From NCBI GenBank assembly GCA_046563655.1, contig CM102286.1, positions 11,284,001 to 11,348,000 on the forward strand: 64,000 nucleotides of DNA, written 5' to 3'. The notes beneath the pieces were generated by a model that worked only from the letters and a program-made list of their open reading frames with translations, searched no databases and had not been told where the DNA came from. This DNA comes from Yuukianura sp. NJ FZ-2021 (taxonomy: Eukaryota). Each line of letters starts with the position of its first letter. Position 1 is the stretch's first letter. Of the stretch, positions 13,186 through 26,400 are shown piece after piece. The position numbers and the translations under genes were made by a program.

Positions 13186-13531
13186 TGTAGCGGCCTTGTC
13201 CCTTTCCCCCAGTTTCCCCCCATTTCGTCATTGGTTAGTTAGTTAGTAGGAGGAGGAGTTTAGCTTTTCGTTTTGCCTGCTACACGGACTGCGATCCGTG
13301 TGAGCAGTTCAGTTTCAGTTAGTTTAGTTAGTCTTCGTTTTGCTTTCTGCGAGTTAGCATTGTTGGCCAAGAGCCAGGTTGTTTTGTGGAGCAATAAACT
13401 CCACAACCATCACTACGTTCGTTTGTTGTTTCGTTTATTGTCTTTTCGTTTCCTGGAGCTCGGGCCTTCAGCCCCGGAGAGTTGTCTGGTTTTTGGAGCG
13501 TTCTCTGGTGTTTGGTAGCCGTAGTGCTACA
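13186..13531 (+). repeat. 3' LTR of the gag-only element (346 bp)
   Basis: Direct repeat of 10219-10565, followed by TSD AGTT. Confidence 0.95.
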
Positions 13532-16500
13532 AGTTTCCGAACGTATCTACGATTATTTGGTTAGCGGTTATGAGACATAGAATGTCAATGTCAATATCCG
13601 GTAGTACCACAGCCGTTGCGATTGGTGCTGCTATGGAAAGCGAAAGTTTCAATTCTAATTCCGAACAATATATATTGTTCAACCATTCCATCCTTAGATA
13701 CTCGTTTTCATAAACAAATACATAAAATCTTAAGGATTATGCCTGTGCTGGAATCCTGGGGTCAAAATGACGCTTGTTTTACTTCTTAATTCTTTTACTT
13801 ACGAATTACATAAAAAAATTAAATATCAAAAATTGTTACGTTTATTTCTGAAATTTTGAATGTGGATTCATGTTTTAAATATTCTAGCTGTAAAAGCACA
13901 ATTAAATTGTGTAAGTGGCATTGCCATTTATAAAGTCTTACATAAAAACATAAACCAGTCAATTCATTTAATCCTGTTCATTGGGTCACTGTAACAAAAG
14001 TAAAATTTTAAAAATGCATTGCAAGTTTACTAGTTAGCGTCGGTTTTCAAAATCTATACCCGAATTCGACCATTCCCCGTAGGTTGTGGGTTTCGGCAGG
14101 AAATGTTGTAGAGGGAACCTTTAAATGGTTTCCAACGTTTCTGAAGTTGACGGTAGCTGGAAGGAAAAGAAGAAGAAAGTAAAAAGAGGGAAAGTTTCGT
14201 ACTTAAAATTATGACTCCCGAGAGTCCCATTAGAAGAATAACGGAAACGAGAGAAAAAGGAAAGCACTACACAAAACAACTACATGTCAATTATAAACTT
14301 AAGTCCCCATTTTCCACTGCTTTCCAGAAAAAAAAATCCTCATTGAAGCTTTTTTTCTTTGAAATTTAACATTTTGCAGATGCCCTGAAGCTGCTCCTTT
14401 TTTTAAACGTCAAAACCTTTTTCCTCTATGAAAAATTATTTGTTCGTCGAATGAAAAAGTTCGAAATTTTCAATGGAAGGGCGCATTTAGTTCAACATTG
14501 AATTGGTTCAAGGGCTTAAATAGTTCAAACGCAATAGATTCAATGTGTATTTAAGTTTTTGAACTGATTTTTTGAAACATGGTTTCAAACCAATTTAGTT
14601 GAAGCAATTATACGGAACCGCGCAAAAAGGGTTTTCACTTAAAGTTGTTAAAATTATGAACTTAAATTAAAAAAAAAACGAAGTTAAACGTGAGTTTTGA
14701 AAAGAGAAAGTTGCGTTTTAATTCCAAACTGATGAAAATGGAAGGAGTGAAAGTCGGATAATTTCTTCGAAGTGTTTGGGTGCGGATAATAGCGGAAGTC
14801 CTTCTCTCCTAATGGTTACGTTTCTTGTTTTAGGTTTAACGTTAAGTTCGAAGAGAAAGGAGACAAATTACTGTGGACAATAAAACAAGAATAATGAGGG
14901 CAAAGGAAGCTCTATTCAGCCAAGCAAAACTGTTTGGAGGAGCTGGGGAAAGCTGACTTTTTCCTTCAAACCGAGAGAAAGCAAAAACAGAAAAAAAGCG
15001 CGGAAAAGGAGTCACATAGAATTTGAGTTTCCATTGAGGAGTCTGCTGCTGTGTTCCCCATGGGACAGTGCCAAAAATTGTGGCCTTTTGCCAAGCGTTG
15101 ATGCTAGAGAAAGGCCTGCTTTCTCTGCAATTACAGTCACACTCCCGTCTAATCGCCTTCCCATAGGCTACTGGGCTATATAGAAAAACATACAGGTCAA
15201 ATTGAACATTTTCTGTTTTTCTGTTTTAAAATCCATTTCCAGTTTTTCTCCAAAAACTTTCTCCTGAGTGAGTCTAAAAATGTGGAATTTTGAACTTTGA
15301 ATTTTCCCTCGCTCGCTCCATTTCCACTTTTCAGTTCAAGTCTCTTTGATGACTAATATCAAATTATGCTCCTTCCAGTAGGGAGACTTTGTTAAGTCAC
15401 TCTTACGTTTTTTCCTTTCATTTTCTATGTAGCAAAAGTTAAAAAAAAAAGATGGTTTCACTTCCATTCTCAAAAAAAAAATCTTTTCTTTTTAACTTTT
15501 CTCAATTTTGAAATTTCAAAAAGTGAATTATTTCCACTTTCTCGTTTCGTGTTCTAAATGAATGTGATTATAATCCCTGTGTCGAAAAGAGTCAAAAAGT
15601 GAAGAGACGCTGGTAATGGAAGCGGAGTTTTTGATTTAATCATAATTCACTTTTTATGTTGAAGAATTGAAGTGGGCGGAAGGATGAAGTTGGTTACTTC
15701 CGGAGAAAGTTGGAAAGGCGGAACTGGGGCGGGGAAAGGGATACTCTGCCTAAGTTTGAATATTTTAAGTTCCCGGGCCCTTAGAAAGAAAAATTTTGAA
15801 AAAATTCGAATTTCGAGAGTTGTGCTTTTTCCACTTTCTCCAAAGTTTTGTTGATAGTAAATTAAACCCAGGGATGGGTTTGGGCGGGGAAACTTAATGC
15901 GCTCAACTTATCTTTTTCCTTCTTTCCTTTCCTTAACTTCAATCCTTTTTCTTCTCTTCGTTTCGACAAACGAAAAGAGAAAAATGCGAAGAAGAAGAAT
16001 TCACCAAAAGCCGTTGTTGGTGGTTGAACTTTTACTCCCATTTTCTTCAGTACTTTTTAAAATACAAAAAATTTTGCCAAATACTTTTTGACTCACTTTG
16101 TTGTGACGCTTGAGCAAGAATTTAGCCAGTGTTTCTGAGGTAGAAAAAATTGTGCTCAAAAATAAAGCTCGGTAGGTATTCCGCTATCTATTTTGAATTC
16201 AAAAAAAGTAAGAAAAATGTTCAGGCAAGCGTACAGCCGTGCTAGAACTTTTATTTCTAGTTGTATTTAGTTATAGGAAGCCAAAATTTGGCCGAAATAA
16301 GTCATTCTTTAAATATTAAAATTTCGGTGAAATCTAACTATTCGGTGTGTACAATCTTTTTTTGTCGTATTTTATTAGCCATAATAGGAAAACAATGTTG
16401 GCTGAAAGTGACAGAAATGGAGAAACCCGGGTCGGCGGCAGTCAGTGTGGCTTAAAACTGGTTATAATTCCGCCGTACTAAAAAAAAAGAAGCGCAAAAA

Positions 16501-19500
16501 ATGTAGTTTCGCGAACTTTACGAACTCTCGTACTGCAAAAAAAGTCAAAACTCGGTAGAAAAAAGGAAGGAGAAAGTTGATTGGCGACAATGTCGACATG
16601 GGACAAAGTCTTTGGACAAAAAGTTCTTGGCTTAAGTCCGGAGACACAGTTTCAGTGGCTTATAAACAAGGAGTCCCTTTGCTAACTCTGACACTGCAAA
16701 CGGCCTCTTACTCTACACCACTCTCTACCTCTATCCTCATTCACCCGCAAAGTTTCCATGTGCAGAAAGCAAGCACAAAGTGGAGTATTAGTGGAAACGG
16801 CTTCTTGAAAAAACGAATATAAATTTTGGTTGAAAATGACAGGGAGAGGAAGTGCTGAGGAAAAAAAATTTGAGGGGAGGGTGAGGCTGGAGCCAAAAGT
16901 CCAGTGCTGCAGAAAAAGAAAAGTTTTTTTCCTTTTTTTGAAAAAGGAAGAATATTTTTTTTTTTTTTTTTGAGGCGGAAGAGGCGAAAGCCCACCTTGG
17001 GATTAGGTTGTAATGGGCTTCCACTTGTGTGGGGTGTACTTTCTCCACTTTCTCCGACAGAAGACAAATGAGGAGAAAGTGGAGGTAATAAAATAATAAT
17101 AACCTAATAGATATTAGGGGGGCGGCAATAGAAAGTGACAGATTCTCATCACCACTTCTCCTAGCCACTAGGAAATCTTTAAGGGCCCCCTTTGAAACTT
17201 ACGTTTTTGGAGTAAAAATTATGGAAGAGCCCTTAAGACAGAAAAGAAACTACCGCCAGCCGGAACTGGCAGATTAATTGGAATCCAAAGTTCAAATGAG
17301 CAGAAATTAAATTTTTTGGTTCTATGAAAACCCATTTGAGGTAGCTTAGAAACGGTTTCGCGCCTTTTCTTAATTGATTCTTTCTAAAATGATAAAGCGA
17401 CTCAGTTTTTTTCCTCAACTTAGCTACAAAGTTGGGTGGAAAGAGGAAATACTAGTTAACGGTTCGCAATTTTTTAAAACAATTTTTATGTGTGCTTACC
17501 TAATTTTAAAGAATAACTAATTAACAAGTTCTAAAGCATAAGTATAAATTAAAATATATATAAAACTAGAAACGATGTTGGAATTACTATAATGTAGAAG
17601 AACATATACTCGTCCGGTACTAGTATAATGGTTTTCCGCTTTGAAAATGAATTTTCCCGCGTCTGATGTGCTGCGCTCATGTGAAGTGTTTGCGGCTAAA
17701 GTGAAAGCGAAGCACTTTGTGTCTGTGTTATGACAAATGGGATGAAAGTGAAAGTGAAGCTTTTATCCCCATCTGACTACAATGACTAATTAATTTACTC
17801 AAATAGCTCCGCCCTAACATAGGAACAAAGTCAAAGCTCTTTAGGTGTCCATTTCCGTTTCAACTTCCATTGTTCTCTATTCTAGAACAGTCACTTTCTA
17901 AAACCTGAAGTATCCTAGCTTATACCTTAAGTGAAATTCAACTTTCTGTTGTCTTTGGCATGTCAGTTGAGAACTATTTCAGTACCTTGGGCCGAACTGT
18001 ACAATTCAGCTTTTCCATGAAATGTCTTTTCAAATACTTTTTCGAGGGCAGCCGCTCATTAGCAGTTTCCAAACATAAATTTCTCTGAAATGGCGCAATT
18101 GAAATTTTGACCTCACAAATTTTGAACAACCAAAATTAAAATTTTATGGAAAATTTTAGGCAAATAATGGAGTAAGTCATTGAAACTTTTGGACTCCCAA
18201 ATGAAATGAGATGCCGATGTATAAATCATGAATAAGATAATCCAGTCGTGTAGCCAGGGAGAGAGTTATGAGGGCTATTAGCAGAGGGACTGCTTTCACT
18301 AGGATCCAGCCCTCCACCAATCCCGTGCCTTCAGTCAAGCGGACGGAAGTTGTGGCCATAAAGGCCGGGCGCGGGAGATATGAAAGTTCATTATCAACAT
18401 TCCCTTTGTTTATGGACTCAACCTGGGAGGTTTATGAGGTTCCGCCGAATTCAACCAAAACCCAATGTCTAACAACCTGGAACGTACTGCCCGCAACAAC
18501 TCGGCCTCCACTCTGCACGGAATTTCCTCTCTCCAACTTTCTCTTTACGTTTTCAAAAATTTATTTTGAATCTTCAGTCTTGCCAGGCTCGACCTTGCAA
18601 CTTTTTCATTTGATTTTTTTTAGTTTGTTCTCCTTCGGTCGTTTGTAATTTGGCTATTCTTAGTCATCTAGCGGATGGGCTCGCATACATTTTTGAAATT
18701 TGAAAAATAAAACTTTTATGCTCAAATGTGGAACGTGGAGAGGTTTAATTTTTGAATAACCTTTTCCTAAATTCTGTGCTTTTGGTTCTTTATCTCTCGC
18801 AAAGAAAGGTTTCTGTAGGAAGGAAGAAAGCGTCCGTGGCTCTATTCTTAATCCATTGTGAAGGAAGTAATTAATGTCAGAGAGAATATCCTCTAATTTA
18901 TTCCCTCTATTCTTCCTCTCCTATTTAATAAATATACAGAAGACCACAGTGGAGATCCAAGTGCCCTTTGCACCCACTTTCTTCAAAACACGAGAAATTG
19001 GACTTGACTTGGGAATTCCCTGAGAATTAAGAGGGGACTTAGGAGTGGCCCTTTGGCGGAAAGATGAGAAAGTTCAAGTCAAAGAGGGGAACAATGGAGG
19101 GGCTCAGGCGTGGAGAGTAGATTAAGACAATTTGAAATTTATTTATCACAAATAAAACATTAAGGGCAAAGGGAGAATCGTAACTTCAAAGGAGAAAGCA
19201 ACTTCACAACTTCCACAAAGTCCATTCTTCATTTTCACTTTATCTTTGTTAAGAGTTCCTTGGTTTAAATTATTATAATTCTAGGGCCCTCTCCTGCTCG
19301 TGGTAGGAGGGGTCTGACCTGCCGCTCCCACTCCCTTAAGGTTCCAAAATGATCTCAAAAACTTTAAAACTTTTGAAACAGAAAACGTGAGGGAAATGAA
19401 CAATTTCCTTTGGAACAGGAAAAGTTTTTGAGAAATGTTTAGAATTTTGTAACTCCGAAATTTGAAAAAAAAAAGTGAAGGAGAAAATAATAAAAGCCAG

Positions 19501-20490
19501 GTTTAAAATTAAAGACAAATTTTGTCAGAGTATGTACAGTGTACTCATCTTGTCCAGGGGAAAACATTTTCAAAAATTACTAATGTTTGAATTTCCAAGT
19601 TCAAAATTTTTGCTCTGTTTGAAATTTTGAAGGTTGGCGACTTGAGGGAATTTGGTCTTGACAAGTCAACGCTGTTGTTGAAAATGTTAGCTTAACTTTA
19701 CGTAGATTTGCAACTTTCTCTGGCTCTGTTTTCTCTTCTATGGAAATTTTGTCCAGGACGTCCAAACTTTTAACTTTTGTGAATTTTCCATCTCTTGCAG
19801 AAGTTGTACAAAACTTGAAGTTTAGTTTGTAATTAATTAATTGTTAAGAGATTCCATCCTACACGGATCTTCTCTGTCGACGCGCATAATTGTTTCTGTG
19901 TTTATGTTTTCCGTTTTCTCTCCTTTGAAATTTATTCCTTCCTCAAGTGTCCTTTCTATTTCTCCAAAATTCCAGTGAAAGCTAAAAGACAAAAGTTTTC
20001 CTTTTGAAACTCAAAGTTTCATCTCCTTCCGTCTCTCCTTTATTTTGTCTCATCTATTTCAAGTGGAGGAAATTTACATTTTTGGTTGGATTGTTGTACA
20101 CGACGTTTCTAAGATTTTGTAATTTACAGTAATTTACGGATACTTTACTTCTACAGTTTACGTTAATAGAAGAGCGTAACATCTTCAGAAAAGTTCCAGC
20201 CATAGTTGGTTATAATTTGTTTTCAGTATCACTCCCATGTTTTTATTGTGTTTTTTCGTGAGTGGGGGTGGGGATGAGGTGAGTAGGAGTGAAAAGGGGG
20301 AAATTTATTTTTAAGTGGTTGCGGAGAAAAGTGGAATTGTTCAAACATTGTTGCTCAAAGCTCGACGTCGTCGTTCACCGCAGATAGGTTGTACAGCGCT
20401 GTACCAGTTACAAGCGCAGAGTTGACGCTAATATGACAGTTGTTGGTGCGTAAGAGGTCAACTGAGGTCACGCCCCAAGCCTAGGGTGAG

Positions 20491-23400
20491 TCAGTTCACG
20501 TGTAGACATTGAAAGGTCATTTGAGCGAAGAGAATGAAGAACCAACATGATTGATGAACTCGTTGAGCAGATCCTGAAAATTGAACAAAAAAGTGGAAAT
20601 AAAGATTTTTTTGTTTGCTACTTTTCCAAGTTCTTTTTTCCATTTACTTCCAATTTTTTTAAAAAGACAAAAAGAAAAAAGTTAAGAAAAATTATGTTCT
20701 AAAAATTGTTGTTTTTTGCTCAATGTGCCAAATTTCCATTTTCGTGTCACTTAAGAGTTTTGTATCTCCTGGTAGGGATCTCATATGCACAAGAAATTGA
20801 TTTATGAGACACAAGAAAAAGCTGAGAGTGCACATACATTAGAGGAAGCCAGTGCCACTTCCAAAGACATCCATAAAATGTTCAGAGCGTAAACACTAAC
20901 CTAATGCCCCGAACCTAAACTAAACCTAATGCCTCTCTGCTCTCTGTTAGTATTTTCCATTTTAAATTTCCATCTGCAAAATGCACAAGTCCCGAGAGTC
21001 CAATCCGCCTCCGTTGAAAGTGTCAGCCGAGGCGACATTTGGTCCATATGCTTCCCGTGTAACTCCAAACGACTCTCAACTCCGTCGAGACTCGATCCAC
21101 CGCTACACTGCTCTTCTTGAATAGTTTAGAAGTGTGTAGTGACCTGTCACCTAGCTAAAAAGTGGGTCTTGACACCTTGTCCTATTTTTATCCCACCATG
21201 TTCATGGCCCCACCAGAACACTACTCCACCACCACCCTTCCCCAGCCCATGTTCTTGAATGTCATCAATTCCCGCTGTGACTTTCCCCCAGTTTAATACT
21301 GGTGGGATCTTTATGAGCTCATTCCAGTAATGGCCTCGTGACATGTCACTCCATCCTCCGTCTCGCTTCGAATAGCATGAGAAGTAGGGAAATGTCATAA
21401 GGAGTGACAGTTTGGACCAGCATGTCGCCAACGGAAGTCACTGGATTTATAACTCGGCAAGTAATTGAAACCGAACTTCATTTTTGTTTATGCGATCCGA
21501 AATTATAACCGATTCTTTTTGAAACTCATAGGAACTTTGTAGATTTAACATTTGAATTGTAGAAATCTAAAAAATTTTTTTAACTAGGGCTGCAAATCAG
21601 TTTCACTGAAACACCCAGAAACGTCCAGTGGCTTAATTGCCACTTCCACTGGATATCCACTGGAAAAAATCCACCCGAAATGGATGAAACGTTGAGTGTA
21701 TGGAAGAAATTAAGAATTTAGCCCGAAATTCAAAAAAATTTAAATTTAGAATTACAAAATAATATCGAAAAAAAGTTTCTTTCATTGTTAAAATTAGTCA
21801 TTTATTTAAAACTCATACGAAATCGACACTTCCTTCGTTTTTGTAAGGTATTTTGAACTTTTTAAAGGTTTTGTGTTTAATTAAATCAAAGCCTACGGGC
21901 AAAGCTCCGCACCTTTGGATTCATCCAATTCGTCCATTTCTTCCACTGGATATTCGGCCCCGTGGATGAAATGTCAAAAAAGTAGATATCCAACAACACT
22001 GCTCCCAATAGTTTTTCGGCTACTCTAAACCATTTTTGCAAAGATTGCTCTTTATTTGCCCCAGGGAATTACTTTTAATCAGGCAGCCTTTTTGACCGTG
22101 GCTTTTGACCTACTCGTCATTGACGATGCTGTCTCACCTGCCGTAGTTTCGTTGACTCTTGTGAGCGTATCGGGGCTGGTAGACATCATGGAAAGCCGTC
22201 TCGGTTTGAGCACAATAGGCATTTCAGATGACATTTCGTAGACGCTGAATAGAGTGCCCATGCACTTGAGACGAACGAGCGGAGCGTTGTCAGGTAGTTG
22301 AAAACTGAGGCTCGAAATTGTAGAGGTCAATGAGGGGTCACGCGGGTCTGGTCGCAGCGAAGTTTGAACCCTCATCTGAGGCACCTTGCACGAAAAGTAA
22401 AAAATAACTTTTCCAAAGAAACACAACTTATTATTGAAATTTTGACTCGTTTTTTTAATTTACCGGAGCACCATTGATGAACCATGTGATGTTAATTGGC
22501 GGCCATGTTCGGTCAATTGTGCAATTGGCCCTGGCCATGTCACCTTGACTGTAGTCCACTTGGTCCATGTAGAGTTTAGGACTGTCATATCCCACCACTA
22601 GCAAAGTTAAAATGATTTCAATTGAATTTGAATTCACATAAAAAATTTTTACACGTTCGAATTTAAATAAAAAAATCAATTTTTTATTTCAAAAGCATCA
22701 AATGTTCCTGCGACTCAAACTTTTTTTCCCAGGAAAACCAAAATCTGAAATTGGTGAAACTTTCTTGAGTGAAACCCTCGAAGATTCCATGCAGGAGAAT
22801 TTGATTGGTCAGCGAGCAGTCGTGCGGGATTTGATTGGTTGAATGATTTTGGCTAGTGTGATTTCTTTACTTAACGAAAACCTTACCCACAACTGTAATC
22901 TCCTGAGTGTCTTCAAGCGTCTTGAACGTGATTTCAGCTGAAACGGAACACTTGAACTTGCCTGAAGTGTCTCTCGTTGTGTTTGTTAGCACCACTTGAC
23001 GATCATTGGAGAAAGTCACCTGAAATGGGAAACAGGAGAGAATACAGAACATGGTTTAAGAAAGTTTCTTTTAAGAAAAAAATTTTCAATTTGAAATTGA
23101 AAAGAAAAATTGTGTTCAAAATTGAATGGCTTCTCCTTTTGTAAGTGTATAACAAACTGCACTTTTTCACAAAAACAGTTTTGAAACCCTACCTCACTTT
23201 TTCATATTTCATCACCTTTATTTCTATTGAATTGAAGCAGAAAATATTTCCGGGGAAATTAAAAAATTCAAACTTTCACTCAGGTCACACAGCAGCAGGT
23301 CTTTATTCAATTTCCTTTTCACTTTCATAGTCCACTGCTCACCGGCGGAGCGGAATCAAAAACCTGGTTGGGTTTCACAGCAAAACCATCATAAATAATA

Positions 23401-26400
23401 AAAAAAAATAACGCCCCACCCTCTTGTCGTTAGGCGTCACACTGCCCCCTACCACATTGCAACTTCATTTCTTCCCAACTTTTCGAAAACTTCCCAGAAA
23501 CATTGCAAATTTTGTTGAAAATTTGAAATTTTATTTTCTTTGAAAACTTCACAAAAGGCTGCACTTTTAATGAATTTTTAATTTCTATTCATGTACTGTT
23601 CGATTGGGATGAAATGACTGTTTCGTAAATTTAAATTTGGTGGATTTTTTTTTTGTTTTTTTTACTATATTGTAAAATATGAAATTAATAATTTAGTTCT
23701 TCAGTGCATAACCCACACCCACTTGTGTTTCCAATTTATGAACTCCTACGCTTTATACTTCCAGCGTACATGAAACTAGACGACCATTAGCAGAAAAGTG
23801 ATGCAGTGGATCTCTCAGTTCGTTGCTCCTTTTTAGCATATTCTTATTAACTTTCCGTTTCAAATTTGCGCTCTCGTTGCTTTGCCGCTCTCTCTCAGCG
23901 CGTTCCCTTTTCTTGGAAGCCGAGTGAGCATTAATCAGTGTTGCTTTGAATCAATGAATCCCCGTCACCCGCCCGCATGATTTACTACTTGGATGGGAAA
24001 TTACCGAAACTAAGCACAAGGCACATCCAAAACGGTCGAAACACGAAATTTCAACAACACTTTGAGAGGCGCCGCTAAAATCTATAGTGGCTGCAGCAGC
24101 GCATCTTCTGGTTCTTCATAATGGGATTCTTGTGGTTTTATTTTCCAAGTTCAATTAGGTAAATAGATTTTGAATGCAAATGATTTAGAGCGTGTTAGTC
24201 GTAAGCTATAAGTTAGCGTTACGGCGTCTAAAACTCCAGTGCTGGCTCGTCAAATTTTTCTAAATAGCGTCTTATACTATACACGACTCATTCCAGAAAA
24301 GACTCCCTTGACTCGACCATCAAAATCATCATCCGAAACCTAAAATCCTAAAACCTAAAGCTGGTGCGGAACCTAATTCCCTGGCAGCTCATCAGAGAGA
24401 AAGCAAACTTTCTGGGTTCGACTCTAATGACCTTCCTTGCGCCCCACCAACTTAATAGGAAAAGTTGTCATCATTTACTTTAGTACAGAGTCCATTGACT
24501 CCTAATTGAATTTTTAAAAGGGACTGGGACTAGTTTTGGCAGAGAACCCATTTGCCCCACGAAATGGTGGGGCTAATCTTAGTGGCTGTGGGACTAATAA
24601 TGTCCCACCGCTACGGACGGTTGGTGAAGCGTTGAAGAGGGAGGAAGAAAGTGGAAAAGTATGGAGCAAGGTAACATTAAATTAAATTATCTTTTTATCT
24701 TCCGGACCCACGTGACTTATTCTTCTCAAAATCCGCACTTATAACTTTCTCCATTTTTTTCTCCGGGGAAAAGCAATCCTTGAGTTGGCGGGAAAGTGAA
24801 AGCGGGGGAAAAGGATTCATTGCCTGAGTGTTGACTTTAAGTGGGAAGATGTAAAGTAGTGCGGAATTTTGGACGGTGAAAAAAAAGATATTGGAAAAAT
24901 GCAAAGATGCATGTAGAGTTAACCCGCGATATCAAAAACATCGACATACAAAACCTCTAAAAATTTCGATATTAAAGAAGTTAAAAAAATAAGTTAATTT
25001 AACAAGCGCCTTTTTTGAATATTCCACTTTAACACCAATACCGTTGTTGACTTTTTAAAACGCCACGATCTTTTCCGTTCAGAGCATCGCAAAACGCACT
25101 AACAATGTTGGCAGAATGTAATTTCGATAGCTCCTGAATTTTTTGAGCACAATATAGAACAAGTCTGAGTAACTGAACTGCCGGAAACAACTCAACCGAA
25201 ACTGTTAGCATGAGGAGGACTGTGGTATAGATGTATCTGTCGGTGTGTAAGGCCGGCCAAATACTACCACGAACGGTATCCCAATGGCTATATGAAGGAT
25301 GGGTTCACACTATAACCGTTGTCGATTTCCCAACGTCTAATGTGACTGTCGAAAGTCGAAAGTCTAATGCCGAATGTCTAATGCCGAATGTCTAGTGCCG
25401 AATGTCTAATGCCGAATGTCTAATGCCGAATGTCTTGTGCCGAATGTCTAATGCCGAATGTCTTGTGCCGAGTGTCTTGAGTCGAACGTCTAGTGCCGGG
25501 TGTCTAGAGCCGAGAGTCTAGTGCCGAGTGTCTAGAGTCGAACGTCTAGTGCCGAGTGTCTAGAGCCGAGAGTCTAGTGCCGAGTGTCTAGAGTCGAGCG
25601 TCTAGTGCCGAGTGTCGACTGCCGAGTGTCTGATGCCGAGTGTCGACTGCCGAGTGTCTGATGCCGAGTGTCGACTGCCGAGTGTCTGATGCCGAGTGTC
25701 GACTGCCGAGTGTCTGATGCCGAGTGTCGACTGCCGAGTGTCGAGTGTCGACTGCCGAAAGTCTAATGCCGAGTGTCTAATTCGACTGTCGAATGAATGA
25801 AACTGAGAACAAGAGAACTTCCGACCAAGAGAGTGTATTCTGAACTGACTGATTACTGATTTCTTACTGACTGTCGAACTGAAATACACAGGTATTTATA
25901 GAAAAAGGGGGGAGGAGTCAGAAGAAGCAAGATCTTACCACCCAAACGTGATGTCTGGGGGTAACATCTTACTCCTTCCTATCCCTTAACTGCTGAAAGA
26001 AAAGACTTATCCTACTGAATGAATAACCTAGGGGGAGGGCTGACAAAGGGGAAAAACCATATCTGAGCTTAAACTAAAGGGAGCAGGGGTTAACAGGGGG
26101 AATTCCAACTTAACCTAAAAAACTGTTAACCTATACTGCCTATATCTAGAAGACCTATAACTAGATGAATGCCTAAACTAGAAGAACGCCTAACTACGGG
26201 CACGTCCATAAGGGGGGGGGCAGACGATCACTGAATTAAAATTTAATTACCAGAAAAAATAAAAAAAAGGACATCGTCGCTACATTCCCCCCCGTATGAA
26301 CGTGCACGTTCATACTAAAAATAAGCGATGTCTACTACTGATTAACTTTAAGGACGCATAACTTGGTGGCGGGTCTCTTGTAATGTCCTGCTGCTGTCCT

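Larger units (their letters stand above)
10219..13531 (+). mobile_element. Non-autonomous gag-only Ty3/Gypsy-type LTR retrotransposon (3313 bp)
   Basis: LTRs 10219-10565 and 13186-13531 (TGTAGC...GCTACA) differ by one T in a homopolymer. 4-bp TSD AGTT (10215-10218, 13532-13535), PBS TGGCGACCGTG right after the 5' LTR, purine-rich AGGCAGGAAGA before the 3' LTR. Single gag ORF, no intact pol. Confidence 0.95.

Noticed and set aside
10065..13700. Possible short minus-strand ORF interrupted by the Gypsy insertion (MEWLNNIYCSELEL...GFCHG after rejoining the flanks)
   Set aside because: About 60 aa with no recognisable motif or splice support. Compatible with chance.
21585..22001. hAT-like MITE (TAGGGCTG...CAACACTG with TCCACTGGA internal repeats)
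   Set aside because: The ends match poorly and there is no 8-bp TSD. Possibly an old relic, but the boundaries cannot be supported.
25602..25889. Duplicated 95-aa ORF with STLGIRHSAVDTRH repeats (also 32567-32854)
   Set aside because: It is a translation of the LTR minisatellite from a non-ATG start.
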